Shown here: one piece after another, positions 53,941-63,670 of the stretch
How positions within the stretch are numbered: the first letter of the stretch is position 1
How the letters are laid out: each line of letters begins with the position of its first letter
Source: an uncultured Mycoplasmatota bacterium
GTDB lineage: Bacteria; Bacillota_I; Bacilli_A; RF39; UBA660
Assembly (NCBI GenBank): GCA_900547225.1
Contig: URFW01000006.1
Coordinates: 4,300 to 68,299 of the forward strand
DNA: 64,000 bases
Direction: 5' to 3'
The notes under the pieces: model-generated
What the model was told of the DNA's origin: nothing
Databases searched by the model: none
What the model saw: only the letters and a program-made list of their open reading frames with translations
Position numbers and translations under genes: made by a program

Positions 53941-54354
53941 TTATTTGCATATTTTTTTAGAATCATCAATAGTTTGCGATTCACAACCACAATCGTTATA
54001 AGTTACGCCATCTATTTCAATACTATACTTTAGTTTAAGACCAGCTGCATCGCACTTTTCAACTTTTACAGTCTTATTATTATAATCATACTTTGATTCG
54101 TCAAAATCAGCATACTTATCTTTAAAAGTTGATACTGTTATATCATTTGGTAAAGTATCCAAAATAGATGTGTTATCTGAAACATAACTTTTAGCACCTG
54201 TTAAAATACTACTTATTACGTTTTCCTTATTTTCAACATCTTGGTTTTTCTTTATCTTATTAACTGCCGTTATGCTAATTGATAAAAGTATACCAAGAAT
54301 TACTATTACCGCTAGTAGTTCTATTAAAGTAAATCCTTTTTTATTCTTCATCAT
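53941..54354 (-). CDS. Prepilin-type N-terminal cleavage/methylation domain protein (pilin/pseudopilin)
   Basis: KKGFTLIELLAVIVILGIL class III signal. The start overlaps the end of trxA by about 14 nt. Confidence 0.7.
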   Translation of the reverse strand: MMKNKKGFTLIELLAVIVILGILLSISITAVNKIKKNQDVENKENVISSILTGAKSYVSDNTSILDTLPNDITVSTFKDKYADFDESKYDYNNKTVKVEKCDAAGLKLKYSIEIDGVTYNDCGCESQTIDDSKKICK

Positions 54355-54643
54355 TAACCCACTTTCTAAGTTCATCCAAGCTTTGATATCCAACTTTTCT
54401 TTTTATCTCTTTACCATTTTCAAATACTATTAAAGTTGGTATCGTAAATACCTTATATTTTTCTGCAACTTCTTTTTCTTCATCAACATCTAGCTTAAGA
54501 ATTGGAATTACTTTTTCTTCATCAAACTTTTCTAGTACTAACCCAAGCATCTTACAAGGGCCACACCAAGTAGCAAAAAAATCAACCAATACTTTATCTC
54601 CTTCTACTTCTTTATTAAATTCATCTTTGTTTATGTATTTCAT
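54341..54643 (-). CDS. trxA: Thioredoxin
   Basis: WCGPC active site. AAGGAAGG RBS before MKYINK. Confidence 0.88.
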   Translation of the reverse strand: MKYINKDEFNKEVEGDKVLVDFFATWCGPCKMLGLVLEKFDEEKVIPILKLDVDEEKEVAEKYKVFTIPTLIVFENGKEIKRKVGYQSLDELRKWVNDEE

Positions 54644-54657
54644 AATAACCTTCCTTT

Positions 54658-55608
54658 CTAACAATCTCCTGGAAATTGATCACAATAATCAATATCATCT
54701 TCATCTTCTTCTATTTCTGCATCTTCTGAATCATCTTCATATACATCACCAGATGACTCATAATCACTTTCTTCATAGCTAGAAGAATCATCAGTCTCAT
54801 TACTATCATACTCTTCACTATCATTGTTATATGAATCTTCTTCTTTTGATGAAGAATTTAAGTTTTCTGTATCATCGTTTGATTCATTATTGACATTATT
54901 AGAATCCTTTTCTTTTCTAGTCCCTAGCAATTTATTTAGTTTTTCTAAATCCTTCATCTTATCATCATCAATCAATTTAGTTTTAAGCATATATTTTATT
55001 ATATCATCATTTACATTTTTATAGTTCAAAATCGTGTTATCTTCTTCATTTATTCTTTTTATTACGTATCTTTCGTTAGCATATAAATTCATGTTTTCCC
55101 TAGATAACACCGGGGTTTTTGTCATAATTACGTATACTAATTTTGAATTATTCAGAGAAACAAAATTAAAATTTGGCGATGATAATATAAGTGATATATT
55201 AAATATAAAAGTTAGTATAAGAGGTACTGACACTAGTGCTCCTAACACCTTATTTATTAAATTAGTTTCAACCATACTGTCTAATATCTTTGAAGATAAT
55301 TTAGTTTTGTTTATTATCTTATTGAATATAAAAATAATAACTACTAGAAGTAACAAATATAATACTAATTTCCAAAAAATTATATTAATAGATTTTAATC
55401 CTTCGGATTTACCATTAAAATTTAAAAAAGGTATATATTTATACAAAAGACCTACTAAAATGTCACTTAATTTTCCTGATAATAAGGAAGATAAAAACAA
55501 TATTAAAAAATCCGTTAGCTCCTTTAATAGACCTCTTTGATACCCCAAGTAAACTCCAAATAATAATAAAGCAATTACTACAATATTTACTATTTCCATT
55601 TTACTCAC
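54658..55608 (-). CDS. CvpA-family membrane protein with long acidic Ser/Asp/Glu-rich C-terminal tail
   Basis: Four TM helices in a CvpA-like arrangement. Last 90 aa are about 60% D/E/S/N. Confidence 0.55.
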   Translation of the reverse strand: MSKMEIVNIVVIALLLFGVYLGYQRGLLKELTDFLILFLSSLLSGKLSDILVGLLYKYIPFLNFNGKSEGLKSINIIFWKLVLYLLLLVVIIFIFNKIINKTKLSSKILDSMVETNLINKVLGALVSVPLILTFIFNISLILSSPNFNFVSLNNSKLVYVIMTKTPVLSRENMNLYANERYVIKRINEEDNTILNYKNVNDDIIKYMLKTKLIDDDKMKDLEKLNKLLGTRKEKDSNNVNNESNDDTENLNSSSKEEDSYNNDSEEYDSNETDDSSSYEESDYESSGDVYEDDSEDAEIEEDEDDIDYCDQFPGDC

Positions 55609-55743
55609 CCTTTATCCTAAAAACATTATATAATATTTTCACCTAAAAATATACAAACTTTATCTTATATTTACATTATAATGTATAGTCTGTTTTAAAT
55701 AAACGAATTTTATGCTAAAATATATTAAAAGGACGTGAAATAA

Positions 55744-56685
55744 ATGGTAGTTGTATATAAAATAAGCGATAATACAAGAGAGAAAATGATAGAATATTAT
55801 GAAGATAAGAAAAGAGAAAAAACTCCTCCTTACGCTGTGTTTCAGGCCGAAGAAGCAGGTACTATTATAACTTTGTATGAATCTGGAAAGGTAATGTTTC
55901 AAGGAATAAGTGCCGATATTGATGCTAACATGTGGAGAGATATGGAAGCTCATTTAAATAATGGTAAGATGCCTGAAGAAAAAAAGAAAAAGGAAAAAGA
56001 AAAAAAGGATGAAAAAGAACTTTTTGAGGAAAGAAAAAAATATTACTACATAAATTCTATTGGTTCTGATGAAGTTGGAACCGGTGACTTTTTTGGACCA
56101 GTTGTTGTAACAGCATCATATGTTTCTAAAGATAAGATTCCTTTTTTAGAAGAACTAGGAGTTAGAGATTCTAAAAAGTTAACGGATCAAAAAATACTTG
56201 AAGTTGTACCAACGATAATTAAAAAAATTCCGTATGAAACAGTTATTTATACAAATACTGATTATAATAATCATCCAGAATACAACATGAATAAGGTAAA
56301 AGCAATACTTCATAATAAGGCTATATTAGGACTTATGAAAAAAAATAATTTTAACTATGATAAAGTTGTAATAGACCAGTTCTGCTATCCAAGAAATTAT
56401 TTTGGTTATTTAAAGGAATCAAATAACGTATTTAGAAAGATAGACTTTACTACAAAGGCCGAAGATAAATGCCTATCAGTTGCTTGTGGTTCTTTAATAA
56501 GTAGATACGTATTTATTAAAGAAATGGATAAAATCTCAAAAATGTTAGGTGCCCCTGTTCCTAAAGGAGCTGGAATAAAGGTTGATGAATTTGGAAAAGA
56601 AATAGTTAAAAAATATGGTAAAGATATACTTAAAAAAACAGCTAAATTAAACTTTAAAAACACTGATAAAATACTAAAAGACTGA
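55744..56685 (+). CDS. rnhC: Ribonuclease HIII
   Basis: GSDEVGTGDFFGPVVV catalytic motif plus N-terminal DUF3378-like domain. Confidence 0.85.
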   Translation: MVVVYKISDNTREKMIEYYEDKKREKTPPYAVFQAEEAGTIITLYESGKVMFQGISADIDANMWRDMEAHLNNGKMPEEKKKKEKEKKDEKELFEERKKYYYINSIGSDEVGTGDFFGPVVVTASYVSKDKIPFLEELGVRDSKKLTDQKILEVVPTIIKKIPYETVIYTNTDYNNHPEYNMNKVKAILHNKAILGLMKKNNFNYDKVVIDQFCYPRNYFGYLKESNNVFRKIDFTTKAEDKCLSVACGSLISRYVFIKEMDKISKMLGAPVPKGAGIKVDEFGKEIVKKYGKDILKKTAKLNFKNTDKILKD

Positions 56686-56718
56686 TTTTTTAAATCAGTC
56701 TTTTATAATTATCTTATT

Positions 56719-57942
56719 TTATCCATGATTCGTTTTAGTCCATTTAACCTCTTTAGAAGTAAGTGCTTTAATAGCACAAGGAACGTAACTAATCATAAAT
56801 ATAGGATTATAAAATAGTACCTTTATTTTACTTTTTAAACTTAAATCTATTTTGCCTCCTTCTAATAAGATGATAACAACAGTCATAATAAATAAGGCAA
56901 AATATATAATAAGCATAAATATTAGTAATTCTAAAGCATATTTTTTCCATAATATATTTTTTAGTAAAAAATTATATATTATAAAGAATATTAAAGATAA
57001 AAACCAAGTTATCAAACCCAAAACCATAAAAATATACGAAAGTATTCCAACAGATTCATCTATTTTAGAGCCATTATTTTTATCATTTTTATTAATTGAT
57101 TTAATCATTTTTTTATTATACATTTTTCTTACATCAAAGTATCCCCTAATCCATCTTATTCTTTGGTTTATTGTGTCTTTAAATCTTAATGGCTGTTCAT
57201 CATAAAATATACTTTTAGTATTATAATACGTAGTTAAATTATTAAGGGTTGCGTAAGAACTTAACTCATAATCCTCGGTTAAAGTATGAAATGGATATCC
57301 CTTCCACTTTTCTATTAAATAACCCCTTATATAAAAACCTGTACCAGAAAAGGTAATGTTTCTAGTTTCTTTATTTTTTTTATTATTAAAAACCGTATTA
57401 ACAAGTGAAAACGTAAGAGCGGATGCTGCTGCAACTACGCTTTTATTACCATTCTTACAGTTCCTATAACCTGATGCTAAATCATAGCCTTTATCAAATA
57501 TAGGTATCATGTTTTTTATATAATTCTTATCAAGTACGTTATCAGCATCAAATATAAAGTAAGCATCATACTTTTGTTTTTTTGAAAGTATCTCTTTAAC
57601 CGCCTCATCAAGAGCATAACCTTTTCTTTGAAGGTTTAACTTTTTTCTTAAAATGACAGAAGCAGAATACTTTTTACAAATGTTAACCGTTTCATCTTTA
57701 AGTGATTCAACAATTACGTAAACATCTTTCATATCTACTTTAACACTTTGATTTTTAATACTTATTAAAAGGCCTTCTATAACCTTTGATTCATATCTAG
57801 CAGGTACTAAAAAACAAAAGTTATGTCCACTTTTTTTTACCTTAGGCCAGTTATTATTCTTTCTAGATAAAAATTTTAAAATAAACATAATTAATAAACC
57901 AATTATAAACAATAATAAAGATAAGATTCTAAATAACATCAT
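56719..57942 (-). CDS. Family 2 glycosyltransferase (processive, membrane-embedded)
   Basis: FDADN (DxD), GTGFYIRG and QRIRWIRG (QxxRW) motifs. C-terminal TM helices. Confidence 0.75.
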   Translation of the reverse strand: MMLFRILSLLLFIIGLLIMFILKFLSRKNNNWPKVKKSGHNFCFLVPARYESKVIEGLLISIKNQSVKVDMKDVYVIVESLKDETVNICKKYSASVILRKKLNLQRKGYALDEAVKEILSKKQKYDAYFIFDADNVLDKNYIKNMIPIFDKGYDLASGYRNCKNGNKSVVAAASALTFSLVNTVFNNKKNKETRNITFSGTGFYIRGYLIEKWKGYPFHTLTEDYELSSYATLNNLTTYYNTKSIFYDEQPLRFKDTINQRIRWIRGYFDVRKMYNKKMIKSINKNDKNNGSKIDESVGILSYIFMVLGLITWFLSLIFFIIYNFLLKNILWKKYALELLIFMLIIYFALFIMTVVIILLEGGKIDLSLKSKIKVLFYNPIFMISYVPCAIKALTSKEVKWTKTNHG

Positions 57943-57956
57943 AATATCAAATTCCT

Positions 57957-59108
57957 TTACATAAAGTATGCTAAATAAGTTAATGCACCAATAAGAATTA
58001 AAGATGCAATAAATCCGTTTATTTTTTCAAACTTAGATGTTTTGTATTTAATACCTAATGCTACAGATATTATAATACCACCTATAAAACCTCCTATATG
58101 GGCATACATATTAATTCCAGATAACATAAAGCCTGCCATTAAATTTATTATAATAACCGGTAATATTTCTCTTTTTAAAGCCTCACCCATAATTGTACGC
58201 TGGTTAATTGCAAAGTATAAAAGTGCTCCCATAAGGCCAAAAATAGCACCTGATGCTCCAGCAGATATCGTTCTTTCATTCATAAGTATAACTGATAATA
58301 AATTACCTACAAGTCCACTAAAAATAAATATTATAAGTGTTTTTATGTGTCCATAGAAGTTTTCTACCTGCTTTCCAAGTAAAATAAGTGCCCACATATT
58401 CATAACTAAATGAATGATACCTATGTGCAAAAACATACTAGTAATATTTCTATAGAAAGCTCCATCTTTTACAAGTCCGCCAAAGTTATATAATGTTTTA
58501 GTATCTAATGAGCCATTACCTAAAACGTACATTAAAATAAATATAAATACCATTATACCTACTAAAAGATATGTAACAATACTTTTTTTAGGAGTAAATA
58601 AATCATTTATTTTTTCAGATGAATCCATATTTTTCTTTAAAATATCATTATTAATTTTTGCATAAAGGTTTGATCCTTCCTCGGTAAATTTAAGTTTACT
58701 TATCATATCAGGAAAATATTTATTAACCATTTCATCTTTTGATAAATCCTTTTCCTTATCTACTCTTATCGCAAAATTATTCTTATCGTTTACCAACTTA
58801 ACATCTTCGTTTAAATCAAGATAAAAACTCATCGTTCTCATTTTTATGGTAAATGTTTTAAGTTTTATCTGGCGGGAGAGTTTTCCTAGCTTAAACTTAT
58901 CAAAATCAAGTTGTTCATCATTATGTATGTAATTTAAAACAAGTCTTACTATTCTAATATCACTATCCATATTTTCAAGCCATATTTCATTTTGAATACC
59001 ATGAACAATAACCGGATTATAATTCTTTTCAGTGATAAAATAATGTAAAAACTTCATTACCATTAAGTCTTTTTTTTCACTAGTTGTCATCTTTTCACCT
59101 CTACTCAT
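57957..59108 (-). CDS. Rhomboid family intramembrane serine protease with cytoplasmic N-terminal domain
   Basis: GASGAIFGLMGA catalytic Ser motif. AHIGGFIGG His motif. Confidence 0.8.
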   Translation of the reverse strand: MSRGEKMTTSEKKDLMVMKFLHYFITEKNYNPVIVHGIQNEIWLENMDSDIRIVRLVLNYIHNDEQLDFDKFKLGKLSRQIKLKTFTIKMRTMSFYLDLNEDVKLVNDKNNFAIRVDKEKDLSKDEMVNKYFPDMISKLKFTEEGSNLYAKINNDILKKNMDSSEKINDLFTPKKSIVTYLLVGIMVFIFILMYVLGNGSLDTKTLYNFGGLVKDGAFYRNITSMFLHIGIIHLVMNMWALILLGKQVENFYGHIKTLIIFIFSGLVGNLLSVILMNERTISAGASGAIFGLMGALLYFAINQRTIMGEALKREILPVIIINLMAGFMLSGINMYAHIGGFIGGIIISVALGIKYKTSKFEKINGFIASLILIGALTYLAYFM

Positions 59109-60000
59109 TTTTATAAATCTCTAATATCTTGTTAAACTCATCTGGAACATCACAAGAAAACGTCATATGCCTTCCAGTTGCAGGATTAATAAATCCTATT
59201 TCTTTAGCGTGAAGCATTTGTCCAAAATTATCTATGTTTTTCTTACCACCATATACAGGATCATTTATTATTGGATGTCCAATATAATTCATATGTACCC
59301 TTATTTGGTGAGTTCTTCCAGTTTCAAGTTTGCACTCTATTAAACTAGAGTTTTTATATCTTTCTAAAACCTTAAAATGTGTTATGGCATTACGACTATT
59401 TTGGTCTGTTACGCACATTTTCTTTCTGTCATACGGATCTCTTCCAATTGGTGCATCAATTGTTCCGGTATCATGATTTATTCTTCCCTTAACAAGTGCA
59501 ACATATATTCTTGATAACGTTTTATCCTTTAACTGGTTTGCTAAAGCTTCATGTGTTTTATCATTTTTAGCAACCACCAAAAGACCTGATGTGTCTTTAT
59601 CAATACGATGAACTATTCCAGGTCGTTCATCTCCATTTTTAGAGCTTAAATCTTTAGTGTGTGCTAACAAGGCATTTACAAGTGTACCCGAAAAATGTCC
59701 TGCTGCAGGATGAACAACCATCCCAGATGGTTTATTTATAACCATTAAATTATCATCTTCATAAACAATATCTAAAGGAATGTCTTCTGCTTTAGCATTA
59801 GTTTCTATTTTTAAAGTACCAGTAATTTCAATATTATCATTAAGCCTTAAAATATAGCTGCTTTTTGTTTTCTTACCATTTACTAAAACTAATCCTTCCT
59901 TTATCATTTCACTTATTTTACTTCTTGATATATCAGTATTCGAAGTTAAATATTTATCTAATCTAATTAAATCTTTTTCATCATCTATAACAAATTTCAT
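59101..60000 (-). CDS. rluD: 23S rRNA pseudouridine synthase, RluA/RluD family
   Basis: S4 domain N-terminus. HRIDKDTSGLLVVAKN catalytic Asp motif. GAGAGGGA RBS before MKFVID. Confidence 0.88.
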   Translation of the reverse strand: MKFVIDDEKDLIRLDKYLTSNTDISRSKISEMIKEGLVLVNGKKTKSSYILRLNDNIEITGTLKIETNAKAEDIPLDIVYEDDNLMVINKPSGMVVHPAAGHFSGTLVNALLAHTKDLSSKNGDERPGIVHRIDKDTSGLLVVAKNDKTHEALANQLKDKTLSRIYVALVKGRINHDTGTIDAPIGRDPYDRKKMCVTDQNSRNAITHFKVLERYKNSSLIECKLETGRTHQIRVHMNYIGHPIINDPVYGGKKNIDNFGQMLHAKEIGFINPATGRHMTFSCDVPDEFNKILEIYKNE

Positions 60001-60058
60001 TTTTATCCCTCTCAACTAAAGAACATTATATCATATTTATGCCAAAATAAAAAAGACA

Positions 60059-60523
60059 TTAAGCCTTTTTATAGTCCGTTTTAAAATAATGAATAGATAA
60101 AAGTATTACTCCAAGCGTTATACAAACGTCTGCTAAATTAAATATTGGGAAGTGATATCCCACTATGTTAAGAGAAACATAATCGGTAACATATCCTCTT
60201 ATTATTCTGTCTAATAAGTTTCCAAGTATCCCACCTAATAAAAGACCATAAGCTGTATTAGTTAAATTAAAATCTTTTAAATACTTTTTATCTTCTTTAC
60301 TTAACATATAAAGTAAAAAAAGTAATAATAACATGGTTGATAATATTATAAAAATTCTATTACCGCTTAACATACTAAAAGCAACACCATCATTTTTTGC
60401 GTATATAAATGAGATAAAGTTAGGAATTAAAACAAAACCTTTTATAACGTTACTAAATAAATATTTTATTATCTGATCTATTACGAGAGCAAATGATGCA
60501 ATTAAAGTTATTTTTCGGTTCAT
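60059..60523 (-). CDS. lspA: Lipoprotein signal peptidase II
   Basis: Four TM helices and the NRGxxFG / FNLAD motifs. Confidence 0.85.
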   Translation of the reverse strand: MNRKITLIASFALVIDQIIKYLFSNVIKGFVLIPNFISFIYAKNDGVAFSMLSGNRIFIILSTMLLLLFLLYMLSKEDKKYLKDFNLTNTAYGLLLGGILGNLLDRIIRGYVTDYVSLNIVGYHFPIFNLADVCITLGVILLSIHYFKTDYKKA

Positions 60524-60532
60524 AAAAGCCTC

Positions 60533-61507
60533 CTAATATAGTAGTAATACGAGTATTGCTGCTAAAAAGTTTTGAATAAAGTGCATTCCAATTGACACAA
60601 ATATGTTCTTAGAATCACTATATGCTTTAGCAAGACATATTCCAAGGGCAGAATACTGAATTATATAAAGTAAGTCATAAAAAGACGTAAATTTATCTAT
60701 CATATGAAGAGTTCCAAACAAAAGTCCACTTACTATTATAAATAATGTTTTATTCTTAAATAATTTAGATAAAGATAATCTAAATATATTTTCTTCTGTA
60801 AATGGTGCATAAATGGTAGAAAGTAAAAGCATACCAATTGGCATTTTTTTAAACATACCGTTTAACATCTGCTGGTTAGATGAAGTTGCTCCCTTATTCA
60901 ATAAAACAACAGGTATTGCTACCATAACCATTATGCCAAGCATGTATAAATATCTTCTTACTATAAATCTTAAGTACGCTTTTTTATTTTGCATAAACAA
61001 ATTAAAATCCTCTTTTATATATTTATAGTTAGCTAAAAAGACAAGTAAAAGTAAAAATATATAAACCATATAAGTTGGCACCTTACTAAAGAATTTAAAG
61101 TTAGGCAAAACAAACATAATTATGGTAAATAATGCTATAACAAGCACTTGTTTTATAAATTCTTTTAAATCAACTTCTTTTTCCTTTACTTTTGGTAAGT
61201 TTTCTCTTTTCTTATCACTAATGCTAGATAAAAAGATAAAACCTAATATACCTGGAATTACTGGATCTAAAAATAACCATATCGATAAAAATAAGACAAA
61301 TGTTTTATTTTTCTTTATTTCATCTATACTTTTTAAAGATATTTTAAAAAGTAATACGCCTACTATAAAGCCAATTATCAAAATAAATAGGTTTGCTATA
61401 ACTTCATCTGTTAATCTTCCTTTAAGTATATAATATACCATCATAACAAACGTATATATTATTTCTATAATACTACCTACTCTTAACAATATTCTTTTAT
61501 CTTTCAT
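60533..61507 (-). CDS. CPBP (CAAX protease-like) intramembrane metalloprotease family protein
   Basis: FTEENIFR (EExxxR) and FGTLHM (FxxxH) motifs in a polytopic membrane protein. Confidence 0.6.
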   Translation of the reverse strand: MKDKRILLRVGSIIEIIYTFVMMVYYILKGRLTDEVIANLFILIIGFIVGVLLFKISLKSIDEIKKNKTFVLFLSIWLFLDPVIPGILGFIFLSSISDKKRENLPKVKEKEVDLKEFIKQVLVIALFTIIMFVLPNFKFFSKVPTYMVYIFLLLLVFLANYKYIKEDFNLFMQNKKAYLRFIVRRYLYMLGIMVMVAIPVVLLNKGATSSNQQMLNGMFKKMPIGMLLLSTIYAPFTEENIFRLSLSKLFKNKTLFIIVSGLLFGTLHMIDKFTSFYDLLYIIQYSALGICLAKAYSDSKNIFVSIGMHFIQNFLAAILVLLLY

Positions 61508-61549
61508 ATATCCTCCATTTAATAAAAGCCTTAAATTAAGGCCTTTAAA

Positions 61550-62014
61550 CTAGAATAAATTATTAAAATCTATATCTCCATTAACAGTTGGACCAACATA
61601 GTTTATGTTTTTACTAAAAGCAAATATCGGCACAAATACTACTGGTAAAAATGCTAATCCGATACCATAACCAATGTCTTTTCCAAATGCCTTTGATAAC
61701 TTAACATTATAATGTATAGAGAAAACTACAAGCGCTAACTGTCCAACAATAGGTACCCAACCTAGTAAGAATAGAAAGATGTAATACCATTTGTAACCAA
61801 TAATTTCAAATAATACAATAATATTATAAACTGGTACGATAGAGGCCCATCCTGGTTTACCTGCCTTATTAAATAACTTCCACATTGCAACAATTTGTAA
61901 AACAGCCGCTGCAAAAGCTATTACCATTATAATTAAAGCAAATATAAGCATAACTCCACTTAATGCTGCAATACCATAACCTGCATCACTAGCTGCATTA
62001 TAATCATAACTCAT
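61550..62014 (-). CDS. Hypothetical polytopic membrane protein
   Basis: 154 aa, four hydrophobic helices. Confidence 0.4.
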   Translation of the reverse strand: MSYDYNAASDAGYGIAALSGVMLIFALIIMVIAFAAAVLQIVAMWKLFNKAGKPGWASIVPVYNIIVLFEIIGYKWYYIFLFLLGWVPIVGQLALVVFSIHYNVKLSKAFGKDIGYGIGLAFLPVVFVPIFAFSKNINYVGPTVNGDIDFNNLF

Positions 62015-62053
62015 ATTACCTAACTCCTTTCCTATAATAAGTATACCATACGA

Positions 62054-62284
62054 TTACGTATTTTTTGTAACTAAAATAACATCGGTTCCTATTTTTTTAA
62101 TCTGACTCCATTTTATACCTACTTCATCGCTTGCTTTTAAGTTAAAAAATCCTTTTTTATCATAGATTATAAGTCTTATAATAAAGCCGGTTTCCTCTTC
62201 TATTTCTGCGTCTATTACGTTTCCTATTTTTTTACCTGTTGCAACGTCTACAACGTCTTTATTTTGTAAATCTGATAAGCGCAT
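62054..62284 (-). CDS. ylmC: YlmC/YmxH family sporulation protein (PRC barrel)
   Basis: MRLSDLQNKDVVDV..GKKIG..D..I. GGTGA RBS before the internal ATG. Confidence 0.7.
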   Translation of the reverse strand: MRLSDLQNKDVVDVATGKKIGNVIDAEIEEETGFIIRLIIYDKKGFFNLKASDEVGIKWSQIKKIGTDVILVTKNT

Positions 62285-62358
62285 AACATTCACCAATAAA
62301 TTATATGTAAATAATTGTATAAAAAAACACCTTTTAGTCCAACACTTAAAAGAAAGGT

Positions 62359-63144
62359 GTGATTACTATAGCAAAACACAAAGTAGAAATAACCGGAATT
62401 AATACCAGTGAAATTAAGGTTTTAACGGATAAAGAAAAAGAAGAGTTATTTATAAGACTTAAAAATGGTGATATGGCCGCAAAAGATGAACTTGCAAAAG
62501 GAAACTTAAAATTAGTATTATCAATTCTTAGAAAATATCAAAACAGATGTGATAACATGGATGATTTATTTCAAATAGGATGCGTAGGCTTAATGAAAGC
62601 AATTGATAACTTTGACTTATCACACAACGTTAAATTCTCAACCTATGCTGTACCCCTTATATTAGGTGAAATAAGAAGATATTTAAGGGATAATAGTAAC
62701 CTTAGAATATCTAGAAGTATTAAAGATTTAGCATATAAAATTTTAAAGATTAAAGAAGAATATTTCATGGATAATGGAAAAGAATTGCCCAATAGCGAAG
62801 TTGCTAAAAGACTAGGTTGTGATGAAATAGACGTTATAATAGCACTAGATGCAATGAGAGATCCAGTAAGTATGTTTGAGCCCATTTATAATGACGGTGG
62901 TGATACAATATACCTAGAAGATCAGTTAGAATCTAAAAAGGATAAAATATCTAATTGGGATATTACAATATCACTTAAGAATGCTATTAATGAGCTTAAA
63001 GATAAAGAAAGAAAAATAATTACCGAAAGATTCTTAATTGGAAAAACACAAATGGAAATTGCAGAAGAAATAGGAATATCACAAGCGCAGGTATCAAGAT
63101 TAGAAAAATGTGGTATAGAAGACCTAAGAAAAATGATTATGTAA
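62359..63144 (+). CDS. sigG: RNA polymerase sporulation sigma factor SigG
   Basis: Near-colinear similarity to SigG (KVEI.G..TS...VL..EE..ELF..L..GD..A...L..GNL.LVLS...RF, FDLS.NVKFSTYAVP.I.GEIRRYLRDN, GKTQMEIAEEIGISQAQVSRLEK). Confidence 0.85.
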   Translation: MITIAKHKVEITGINTSEIKVLTDKEKEELFIRLKNGDMAAKDELAKGNLKLVLSILRKYQNRCDNMDDLFQIGCVGLMKAIDNFDLSHNVKFSTYAVPLILGEIRRYLRDNSNLRISRSIKDLAYKILKIKEEYFMDNGKELPNSEVAKRLGCDEIDVIIALDAMRDPVSMFEPIYNDGGDTIYLEDQLESKKDKISNWDITISLKNAINELKDKERKIITERFLIGKTQMEIAEEIGISQAQVSRLEKCGIEDLRKMIM

Positions 63145-63181
63145 TTGACAATTATTAAATATAATATATAATTAGTTTCAG

Positions 63182-63532
63182 GTGGTAAAAATGTTTAATA
63201 AAAAAAATAAAGTTAGCAATGCAAAAAGCTTCGAAGAAAAAAATATTTCGGAAGTTTTATATGAATTTTACTTTAAAATTGCAAAAATATCTAAAAATCG
63301 TTATTCATCAAAGGATAAGCTAGATATAATTTATGAAACTCTTTCATACATAAATAAAAATATTGATAGTTTTACAATTGATGAATTAAAGTTATCATCA
63401 AACATACTAAAAGTTTCTAAGAATCATATAGATATTATAAGCAAATACAAATCACTAGTATTACCAAACTTATATTATTGTGATAATCTAATAAGAGTAA
63501 TCGAAGAAAAGATAAAAGAGCCTAAAGTTTAG
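63182..63532 (+). CDS. Hypothetical protein (116 aa)
   Basis: GGTGG RBS. Followed by hairpin terminator agagccta-aagtt-taggctct plus a T run at 63517-63545. Confidence 0.4.
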   Translation: MVKMFNKKNKVSNAKSFEEKNISEVLYEFYFKIAKISKNRYSSKDKLDIIYETLSYINKNIDSFTIDELKLSSNILKVSKNHIDIISKYKSLVLPNLYYCDNLIRVIEEKIKEPKV

Positions 63533-63670
63533 GCTCTTTTCTAGTGGTATAAAGGAGTAAGTAGTGTTTTTTGAGTGTATAAGTAGCAGTTAGAAGTACC
63601 ACTAATTCTAACTACAATTTAATTATATAAGTAAAATATTAAATTTTAATGTCAAAATTATTAAAAATTA

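Noticed and set aside
55034-55953. Plus-strand 168-aa ORF inside the cvpA-like gene, and minus-strand 97-aa ORF over the rnhC start
   Set aside because: Each is antisense to a better-supported gene and has no RBS.
56852-58356. Antisense ORFs (117 and 104 aa) within the GT2 and rhomboid genes
   Set aside because: Shadow ORFs. Translations are low-complexity.
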